This document shows, in pieces, positions 36,588 through 64,000 of a stretch of DNA of 64,000 bases. The notes under the pieces were generated by a model. That model made no database searches, was not told the origin of the DNA, and worked only from the letters and a program-made list of their open reading frames with translations. A program made the position numbers and the translations under genes. This DNA comes from the human T2T-CHM13v2.0 reference genome, Homo sapiens. The DNA is taken from assembly GCF_009914755.1 (NCBI RefSeq), contig NC_060938.1. One strand, written 5' to 3'. The first letter of the stretch is position 1. Each line of letters opens with the position of its first letter.

Positions 36588-37450
36588 TTTGCAGACAAAC
36601 CTAAGGGTCCCGGCAGCGATCCATGCGTGTGTGACAACCAGCGAGACGGCGTGCCCTAAAAAGGTCTTACTCGCTCTAGTGAACCCTAAACAAGTTAAGC
36701 AGAGTGTTTGTTCTTAAATAACAGATAGTTCTTAAACGTTACAAAAATTCACAGTCCCAGCTCCCGATGAGGAATTTTACGAAGGAGAGACATTTCTGTT
36801 TCGTACAAGACTCTTACTAGGCGCCGAAAGGATGCAGAGATTAACAAAATAGAATACAATTCCTCCCCTAAGCAGCTTTCAATAGAACGTGAGAAACAAT
36901 CTGTGTGTATACACAAAAGAACTATAAAGCAGAATTTGAAATAAAGCAGTCGTACAAAGCGTTAGAGAATCTCGCACGGATGGCAATAATTATTCCCAGA
37001 CGAGGAACTGGGGAAAGCTTTTAGGGCAAGGAGGCATTTGAGATAACCAACGTAAAGGATGGATAAGAGAGAAATACCAGCAATAGACATTCCACACAGA
37101 GAGAGTAACTGTGAGCATTGGCCTACAGCAGAGAAGGCAAGGGTGGGTTAAGTGATTGATAAGGTTAGATGAAAGTATGATGTAAGAGATACAGCTGACA
37201 AGGTGAGGTGTGGTAAGATAATGGGGAACTAGGGATGCTGTGCTGAAGAGTGCAGATTTTTTTTAGTACACAGTGATGAACTGAAAAGAGGAGAGAGATA
37301 GCAGGGCAGGAATCCTGCTGCAAGGATAGAACTAAAGGGAACCTGATTTCTAGTAGCAGACACGAGAATGGGAAAAAGCAGAAACTTAAAGATGTACAGT
37401 TGGACGTAATTCAGATAGATGTGATCTTTTAAACTAAGCATGGATTGGAT

Positions 37451-38144
<694 letters not shown>

Positions 38145-38329
38145 GATTCGACTGCTGTGAAAGACAAAACACAGAAGCCTTGCAAGTTCCTTCAGGTTGC
38201 TTTCACAGCTCCCTGGGCTTACCTGCCTGGAACATTTATCATCACACTAAACCATGACTGCCTACTTACTTGTCTTTCTCCTGCAAAAGTCATGTGCTAT
38301 TTGGAGCCAGGCAATGACTGTGTGCAACT

Positions 38330-40350
<2,021 letters not shown>

Positions 40351-40899
40351 ATATTTTTCTCCAAAGGAAAATAGAGAACAAAGATCCTAGCTGGAGGGAT
40401 CCAGGGAGTTTTTCGGTTTTTTGGCTTTTAATCTTATTTTCAAATAATTTTAAAATTGCAGAAGAGTTGCAAAACTTAGTAAACTTAGTAAAGCAGAAGC
40501 ACGCCATATGATCACTTAAATGTGCACACATGTAGGAAGAGTTTCTTCCACAGACTTAAGCACTGTGCTGAGTGATAGGAGGGAGGGGAGGGCATGGGTT
40601 AGGGATCTGAGGAGAGTGGAAACAGGTTGGAACAGCCACTATGAGAAATAGATCTATCCAGGCAGCTTGTATAAACGCTGATTAGCACAGGGCTCCAGTG
40701 GAGTTAGAAAGCCTGAATCAGGATAGTGAAGTGTCTTTCTCTAGCAACTTACATATCCCCTCTGGGTGGGAGATGAGCGGTTGGGCAACAACCTGGTTAA
40801 AGTGAATGACCCTGGGGCCTAAGCTGGGTGAGAAGGCAATGAAGCCAGGATAAGCTGCTAGCCTGGAAGAATAGGATGGAGTCCAAGGAGTTGGCGCTA

Positions 40900-41120
40900 G
40901 TATGGATGAGTTCTCAACCTTGGCTGAACATCGGGATCACCTGGGATACTGAAAAATAACAACAAAACAAAACAAAAATCTCCACCACTCCTACCCCTAA
41001 AGAATGTGACTTAAATTGGTCTGGGGTTGGGCCTGGACTTTGGGATTTTTTTTAAAGCTCCCCACATCATTAACCTAATGTACAACCAAGTTTGTAATGC
41101 ACAACTCTTGCACAACTATT
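40900..41120. mobile_element. MER5-like hAT relic
   Basis: gttctcaaccttggctgaacatcgggatcacctggga...aattggtctggggttgggcctgg...tttttaaagctcccca. Confidence 0.6.
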
Positions 41121-41499
41121 AGAGCAGACAGTGGTAAATAAGAGCAAATTGGAGTTTTGGAAAAAACAGCAACTTTTCAGAGGTAGTGATGACACTAGAG
41201 AAAATAGGAGGGAAAATTATAAATGAGTAGCTGAAAACACCAAATTAAATGGGTGCGGGGCTTGAGTGATTAGTGATGTGACCAGACAGCTTGGAGTCAA
41301 ATGAGGAAAAGTTGTTGAACTGGGGTGAGATAATGGACTATGGCCTGGAGGATGCAGCAGCTGGAAGTGAGGAAAAAGTCACTGCTCCCTCCTGCCCTGA
41401 GAGATGGAGAAGTAGAGAGGGTGGGGTCCGTGAAAAGGCTGAGACAGAGAGGTTGTCCAGCAAAAGGTCAGATTTCTGCTATGGCCAGAAGAGTAATCA

Positions 41500-41976
<477 letters not shown>

Positions 41977-42099
41977 TCACCTATCCTTAGCTTTATACCT
42001 CTTCACTGAGAAGCGGAGAGGATCACTTGAGCCCAGGAGTTCTTGAATCCAGCCCGGGCACATAGCATGACCCCATCTCTAAACCAAAGGAAAAAGAAA

Positions 42100-42770
<671 letters not shown>

Positions 42771-42999
42771 CAAGGGGGGAGAGGGCCTCACTTGGCGTAA
42801 GCCACTAGGACTTGATTAATCTTACCATTTAGGCAATGTGAGCAGGAAGTTCCTCACCTTTGCATTTATAGGAAGTAGGAAACACCCAAGGCCCACCACA
42901 TCATACTTTCCTTTAACTGGCTCTATCAAAACACTTCAAAGTATACATAGATAAGAAAGAAAATCTTTCAAAAAGTCAAAAACTACATTACCAATATCT

Positions 43000-43302
<303 letters not shown>

Positions 43303-43505
43303 CATTATCAATATCTTAATACTATTTTTGACCCTGTCAGTACCTTTGCCATGTGATATAGAGCCAGTAAGTTGAAGAGACTGCAAGATACAAAGACCAA
43401 CACAGTTAGGGGGTGGTGTGAAGTTCACACTTACTGAAGACACCCACCACTGCTGAAGTTGACATGTCACCACAGTTACAAAGTGAGAAGGTTGGGAATG
43501 TACTG

Positions 43506-43530
43506 GCGCGTGCACACACACACACGCGCA

Positions 43531-43575
<45 letters not shown>
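43506..43575. repeat. (CA)n/(CG) alternating purine-pyrimidine microsatellite
   Basis: 70 nt of unbroken RY alternation: gcgcgtgcacacacacacacgcgcacgcgcacaca... Confidence 0.95.
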
Positions 43576-43577
<2 letters not shown>

Positions 43578-43844
43578 CTTGCATTCACAGAGAGACAGTC
43601 TTGCGAAGGGGGCAGCAGCAAGTAAGCAGTGTCCTCACCTTACCTTTTGATGCACCAGATACTACCTTTCTAGCTTAGCAACCTTCCTAGCATTGCAGAT
43701 GAGGAACACTAGGACGAAAGGGAAGATTCAAGTTTAAGATGTTCCACCTCCGTTTCAACCTGTGCCAACCAGCACACAGCTGTGAGAGATTTCAGAGGGA
43801 TGCGCATCACATATATATCCAATTAAAAGATATAAAGATATTGG

Positions 43845-44272
<428 letters not shown>

Positions 44273-44424
44273 TCAAACCACAAACCATGAGGTATGCCTG
44301 CCAAATACTGCAAAGTCTGTACTAAAATTGATGAAATGCTAAGAGTCAATGTACAGTGCCTACATCCATGAGCAGGCAATATGTTTCCTTAGAGGCACCA
44401 AATCATTGATCCTTGGATTGGAGG

Positions 44425-45550
<1,126 letters not shown>

Positions 45551-46509
45551 TATATTTGACTTACAAGACCCAGGAAAAACTGGTAGTGTTCCTTTGAAGA
45601 ACCAGTATGATAGTAGGGAGGGTCAAAATTAGGGAGAAGCTGGAGGATGGTTATTTATTTCTATTTTTTGTGACCTGCCCTCCAAGCCAAAAGAGTCTCT
45701 TGGAGATGAGGGGGTGAAGGGGGTAGAGAAATAATTTCTAGATTAGAACCCAGAGAGCCTAGAGTGACAGGGCTTTGCTGGGGGCCTTGGCACCTCCTGA
45801 GAGCCAAAACCTGAGAATCTCAGAGACATTCTCTCATGGAGAGGAAATACTGTCAACAGATTTGGAAACACACTAAAGTGAAGCAGCCGATTGCCTCAAA
45901 GTCCTTCTTCTTCCTCTACCCATGCTATTTAACAAATAATTCTCCATCACATCAGAGAAATTACAAAGTTATCTCTTTTTAAAATAAAAAAAATACTCAA
46001 AGGTGAGGTTCAGAAGTAAAAGTAAGGAATTATAGAACAACAAAAGAGGAAAAAACTGAGTGGCAAATCTCAAGAAAAGAAAGACAGGAAAGCCACTTTG
46101 GAATCAACCAAAAGAGAATGAACAAGAGGGAAAACAATGGAACAATATGGAAAAGAACAAAGAAATAAACATAATCATAAACATTTGATAGTTATGGAAA
46201 ATAAGCAATAGAGATCCAATAGATGCATAATTGGCATTCCTGAAGACCAAGTCAGAACAAATGAAACAATAGAATAATGGAGGAAACTTAACCAAAATGA
46301 AGACTTGAGTCAGCAGGTAGAAAGCACACACTGTGTCAAGGTAAAATGAGTACAGAGTGATCAATAACAAAGTACATCAGATTTTTAAAAACCAAGAGCA
46401 ACACAATGTTAAAGGACAATGAAGCAAGGTTTATAAAACTTAAGGGCATGAAGCTGTGACTCATGAATTTTATATTTTGCCAAATTGTCCCTTAAGAAGT
46501 CTAAAGGCT

Positions 46510-47835
<1,326 letters not shown>

Positions 47836-48199
47836 CTAATTTCTTGATGATTTTTGTGTTCGTTTTTTCTTATCTTTAAGGGGATTATTTTAGGAATTTT
47901 TGTGGTTTACAAACATTTAGCTGAAGTTCAGCAATTATTTCTATTTTACTTAATTTCTGTTTTCTGTAAAATTAAACTTAATTTTACTTAAAAATAATTT
48001 GCAGAATAAAATTCCATTGTTATCTATTGATCTTTTTGCTCTGCATGCCCAAATTCAGATGACATATACCAAATATTGATGGCTGTTTCCAGAAAGTGAG
48101 ATTTGAGACACCAAAAAAAAAAACAAAAAACAAAACTTCCTCATGGTGCTTTCTAAAGCTTTTTAGAAAAGCTCATTCTATATAAAACTAACAGTCATT

Positions 48200-49962
<1,763 letters not shown>

Positions 49963-50134
49963 GAATGAAGGTAACAGCATCTTTGTTCTTCAGACAGATT
50001 CTCTCTGACATCTACCTCCCAATTTCTGCCCCATATAATTTTATGGCTAAAAAACATTTACCTTCTATTCTTAACCATAATTAAGTATTCCACAGACTGA
50101 CCGTAAAACATGAAAATCACTTAAACAGCATTTA

Positions 50135-50190
50135 TTAGGTTGGTGCAAAAGTAATTGTCATTTTTGCCATTGAAAGTAATGGCAAAAACC
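50135..50190. mobile_element. Truncated MADE1 (Hsmar1 mariner MITE)
   Basis: ttaggttggtgcaaaagtaattg..tttttgccattgaaagtaatggcaaaaacc; the right TIR is incomplete. Confidence 0.85.
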
Positions 50191-50214
50191 ATATTGCAGT
50201 ATTCTCTAATATTA

Positions 50215-52004
<1,790 letters not shown>

Positions 52005-52430
52005 GTGTGCAATAGTGTCTTGAGTGTTCCAATAGGAACCTGTTTAGGACCCGGTGGAGGTGGAAAAGGGCAAGTGCTCAAAGCTACTGGGAAGGATCTG
52101 GGAAACTCCACAGGGATGGTGATACTTGGGTCAGGATTGAAAGATGAGTGGGCATGGGTGAGGGATGGAGTAGGAATCCAGGATTCTAGGCAGAGGGGGC
52201 AGTGAGAGCAAAAACAAAAAAGCAAGACACCGTCCCAGGAGTGCTGGGGACTGCAAATTCCCAGAACCCCAGAGCAATGAGGCTGCATGAGGGAGGGAGT
52301 TACGGGCTAGACCACGGTGTCCTGTGTTCCGGGTCACAGTGCCAGCACGACTCCACAGGAATGGGAAGTACTAACAGCCTGGACACAGGGCAGTGCCATG
52401 ATCAGATTTTTGTTTCAGAAAGTTCCAGTA

Positions 52431-53412
<982 letters not shown>

Positions 53413-53460
53413 CTATCCCCACAAACAGACTCTGCTTGTAGTGTCTTTCTGGTGCAGTAA

Positions 53461-55041
<1,581 letters not shown>

Positions 55042-55269
55042 CACAAACATAAACATGATTTCTAATGACTGCCTGATAGTCCATAATTTGGATTACACTA
55101 ATTTCCTAACAAATCACCTACTAACAAACTTTTAAGTTCTTTAGAATATTTTATGATTATAAACAACACTGTGATGAAGAGCTTTATGCAGAAAATAATT
55201 GCTCACATATCAAATTGTTGTACTAGAAAAGATTCAGAAAAAAAGGTTTGAATGCTTTTATGGCTGTTA

Positions 55270-56140
<871 letters not shown>

Positions 56141-56393
56141 CAGAACATGTAATTTTTAATGGTTTCCCATTTTAACCAACCATCCCAAACTCATCATATA
56201 AGAGAGCTTCAACTATCTATATGAAACCAGGGGAAAAGTGGAGTCCTAGTAAGAGTGCTTTACACTTTAGGAAAATCTTCAACAAATATGAGTGCCTTTT
56301 GTGTGCATTGTGCAACATCCAGTCCTTTGAGAAAAAGCAAGGAAGTCTAGAAAAAGAGCTCCTCTTCATTCATTTATTCAAAAGCATGTATTG

Positions 56394-56763
<370 letters not shown>

Positions 56764-56937
56764 TTAACTAAGCTGAGAGAAATGTTCAAGAAAAAACAGG
56801 AGGCACATCCCACAGCAATACGGTACTAAATTTCAAATGACTTCATCATAAGTAATAGGGATTCATAGACGGGAACAAACCTTGAGGGCCATAGGCCAGG
56901 GCCAGCATGACCTTTCCAAAGGGTGATATTTTAGCAG

Positions 56938-57610
56938 GTATATTAGTTTCCTACTGCTGTTGCAAATAAATTACTACAAGTGGCTTAAGACATCTTATAG
57001 TTCTGGAAGTCAGAAGTCCAAAATGGGTCTTATGGGCTAAGATCGAGGCATCGGTAGGGCTGTGTTCCTATTTGGAAGCTCTAGGGGAGACTGCTTCCTT
57101 GCCCTTTTCATATTCCAAAGGCTGTCTGCACTCCTTGCCTTGTGGCTCCTTTCTCTATCTTCAAAGGCCATCTCTCCAGCCTCTGTTTCTTTATTTTTAT
57201 TTTATTTTATTTATTTATTATTATTTTTCTCAGACAGAGTCTCACTCCGTCACCCAGGCTGGAGTGCAGTGGCACCATCTCAGCCCATGCAACCTCCACC
57301 TCCCATGTTCAAGCGATTCTCCTGCCTTGGCCTCCCGAGTAGCTGGGATCACAGGTGCGTGCCACCACTCCTGGCCTCTCCAGCCTCTGTTTCTGTTGTC
57401 ACATCTCCTCTCTCCTCTTTGACCCTCCTGTCGTCCCACTCATAAGGACCTTCATGATTACATTGGGCCCACCCAGAAAATCGAAGATAATAAAGCCACC
57501 TCAAGGTCCTCAATTTCATCACGTAAAGTAACATATTCACAGGCTCTGGGGATTAGGATGTGGACATCTTTTGGAGTTGGAGATTGGGGGCATATTATTC
57601 AGCCTGCTAT
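56938..57610 (-). mobile_element. MLT1-type solo LTR containing an Alu right monomer (57191-57375)
   Basis: gtattagtttcctactgc...ggggattaggatgtggacatcttt...attattcagcct; a 19-bp TSD flanks the Alu. Confidence 0.8.
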
Positions 57611-58200
57611 AGCTGGGTAACATTTGGAAAAGCAAAGAAAAAGGAAATTGTGATAGAGCATGTAGAGGGTATTTGTCAGTTTGACTGCATGCAACACCCT
57701 TTCTTATTTGGGAGGAATTCCAAGATAAAAAGTGAGCCACACTCCCCCCTTCCCATGAAAGAGGTACCTGACCCAAGTGTAGCCAGTATGATGTTCTGAC
57801 CATCATTTTAACCAAATGTCTTCGCTTTGACTCTGTTGTTCTTGGGCTTGTGTTTGGAGGCCTTATCGAAACAGCCACGTGAAGCTTATTATTGTGATTA
57901 CTTCAGGAACATTGTTGAGAACAAAGTCCACCTCATCTCAATACCAGGAATACCAGCAATTCTTATGAGTACATGGCTTGCTCTCAACTTACAGAGGTGG
58001 TGATTCTTATAATTGGACATTTCCCAATCCTTATCATGTTCTGTAAGGTTGAAGCCAGCTGTTAGAAGTTTGAAGATGACAATTAATTGCAAGCCTCTTC
58101 CTTTCAGTGTTGGAAAATGATTAAAGGCAGGCTGAAGGATCCTCATGAAGTTCCTGTTGGTATCAGCTTCATTATCACAGGCCTTTGGTGAATGTGTTAG

Positions 58201-60713
<2,513 letters not shown>

Positions 60714-60902
60714 TTAACAGAGCTGTTGATTGCTCTCTCCGCTAAACAAGTAAACCTCATCCCTTAGTGCCTTTGCCCATGTGGGTCCTCAGTCCTGACC
60801 TCTGCCTGGGAAACTCCTGCTCTCTTCAAGGGCCAACTCAAAGGCCCCTCCTGGGCTGTGCCACGTTCTCCATACCCCCCACATCTTTTTCCCCTCCCCT
60901 AG

Positions 60903-62137
<1,235 letters not shown>

Positions 62138-62204
62138 ATTTTATACCTGTTCAGATTCTCTATCAGATCAGGTGAGCTTTGAGGGCTAGACACTCAATAA
62201 ACAC

Positions 62205-62437
<233 letters not shown>

Positions 62438-62801
62438 GTAGACTTCCCTAAATTCCCCCAGGACAAGGACAGGACTGACCGCAGGGTCCAAATCAGGGCT
62501 GCACATGCAGGTGGCTGCAGTTCATGGGACCCACCTTTGAAAGTCAGAGGTGAACAGAGTCTAGAAGTTTGCCACAAGATTGATGTCAGCTGGTCTTGTT
62601 CCCTGGTCTCCACAGACTAAAAAAGCCGAGCCCCCCAAAAGTTCAAAGGACTCAACCAATATCTTATTCATCTTCTCTGTGCCTAGAATCGAATCAGACA
62701 TTGCTTACAAAATCATCTTTGTCCATTCAAAAAATATTTATTGATCACCTATTGCATGCCAGGAATTGTGTTGCCCTACAGAACCCCCCCTGTCTGATGG
62801 G

Positions 62802-63395
62802 TGTATAAAGTGAAGTAGAGGTTCCTCTTCAAAGACTTTCCTCCCCATCTAATTAGAAATAAATAGTAACTTCTCTTAGAAGCAAAATTTATTCAAAGAC
62901 CTGTGCTAACATTCTTAAGTATTTGCTAGCCGTAATAAAGAAATCAATGTACTTTATGTTCTTAGCTCCTACAATTTAGCTTAAATATTTGCCCTGGCAT
63001 GCTTATACTGGTCCAAGCAAGCATTAGGTCATAGCCTGTTCCTCTTCCTTATTTGAAGGTGTTTTTACCTTTCTCAACATTGCACAAGTTACTTCCTCCT
63101 TCCTTTGTTCTCCTCTGCCTTTGCCTTTTTAAAAAAATTCTACGTTGTTAGCCAATCCGGACAGATACAGAATGTGAGGTCCCATTCCAGCCAATGGAAA
63201 CTGGGCACAGCAGTAGGGTGGACGCGTCAGGTTATAAATGACCCTGTCTCCTTTGTTCAGTGTACTCTCGTGACAAAACTACTGGCAAGTGTACCCCTTC
63301 TGCAGAAAGTAAAAATGTCCTTGCTAAGGAAATTAAATTTATGTTCAAGTGCTATTTCTTTACCGCACCAGGGAACAAGAAATGCTTTTCTAACA
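62802..63395 (+). mobile_element. Solo ERV1 LTR of the LTR10 (HERV-I) family, inserted in an L2 relic
   Basis: TG...CA ends with TSD tggg/cggg. CCAAT at 63152 and 63191, TATAAA at 63233, ATTAAA at 63332. Confidence 0.8.
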
Positions 63396-64000
63396 CGGGA
63401 AAGACAGACCTGTAGCCAGCTACAATGAGACAGCCCAGGGATGGAGCCTCTAACCCAGCAGTAGGTCAGAGGAGGCATCTTGGGGAGGTGAAAGCAGAGG
63501 GGAGTCTCCAAGGAGGAGGAGGAGCTGGGCAGGCAAAGGGTCAGAGGAAGATGTTCCAGGCAGAGAAGGTGAGCTGGGAGCCAGGGAGAAGAGGACCCCA
63601 TTGGAAATTGCAAGTAAATGTAGAGAAGTCAGTATATGTGCAAAGTGCTTTGTCCAGTTTTGGAGCGCCAAGGAATTAGAAAACAGTGACCCTGACCTCA
63701 AGGAATTTACAGTAAAAGATATGTGAAAAGGGAAATAAATAGTGATATAAAGCATCATGTTTTGCTTCACCTCCCTGGGGGTTACATAATAAGACAGTTT
63801 GAATGTGATTCGGAGCTTCCACCCCACGATTATAAGAATACTTTTCTTTCCTTCCTGGAAAGAAGTCTTCCATGATAAGTTCCACAACCACAGGGTTCTA
63901 CTCAGTCACTAGGACAGTCCTAGAGCTTCTACCTATTAGAGATAAAAAAATCAGAGAAGCCGATGAGTCCCCCTCAGTGTCTTGTTCTCTGCTGTTATTA

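Larger units (their letters stand above)
35200..36700. promoter_or_regulatory. CpG island / bidirectional promoter
   Basis: Very high GC and CpG density, in sharp contrast to the CpG-depleted flanks. Spans RPS6KA5 exon 1. Confidence 0.93.

Noticed and set aside
50135-50190. Possible miR-548-type hairpin
   Set aside because: The MADE1 is truncated and leaves only an ~11-bp stem, too short for a pre-miRNA.

Overview
This is primate, most likely human, genomic DNA. It has about 60 Alu-derived pieces plus L1, L2, MIR, MLT/ERVL, LTR12, LTR10 and MER/Tigger relics around one CpG island at ~35.2-36.7 kb. The only protein-coding sequence I can support is coding exon 1 of RPS6KA5 (MSK1 kinase) on the minus strand, 35877-35775 (MEEEGGSSGGAAGTSADGGDGGEQLLTVKHELRT, then G|GTGAGC). 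Bases 1-35774 are its intron 1, and exon 2 lies outside the window. The island looks like a bidirectional promoter: six CCAAT boxes, GC boxes, CRE-like, NRF1-like and E-box motifs, and a strong plus-strand donor at 36147/36148. From recalled locus knowledge, not from this sequence, the head-to-head partner is DGLUCY/C14orf159. Nearly all other ORFs in the track are Alu, low-complexity or GC-rich artefacts. I found no convincing new multi-gene system. The best leads are: (1) a candidate RPS6KA5 cassette exon with two tandem GTAAGT donors, giving either an in-frame 26-aa insert or a frameshift; (2) the overlapping antisense first exon; (3) a local inverted duplication at 42.1-45.1 kb; (4) a two-LTR ERVL provirus remnant that splits a MIR; (5) two intact solo LTRs with promoter motifs. 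Repeat subfamily names come from visual recognition, and the boundaries of old repeats are approximate.
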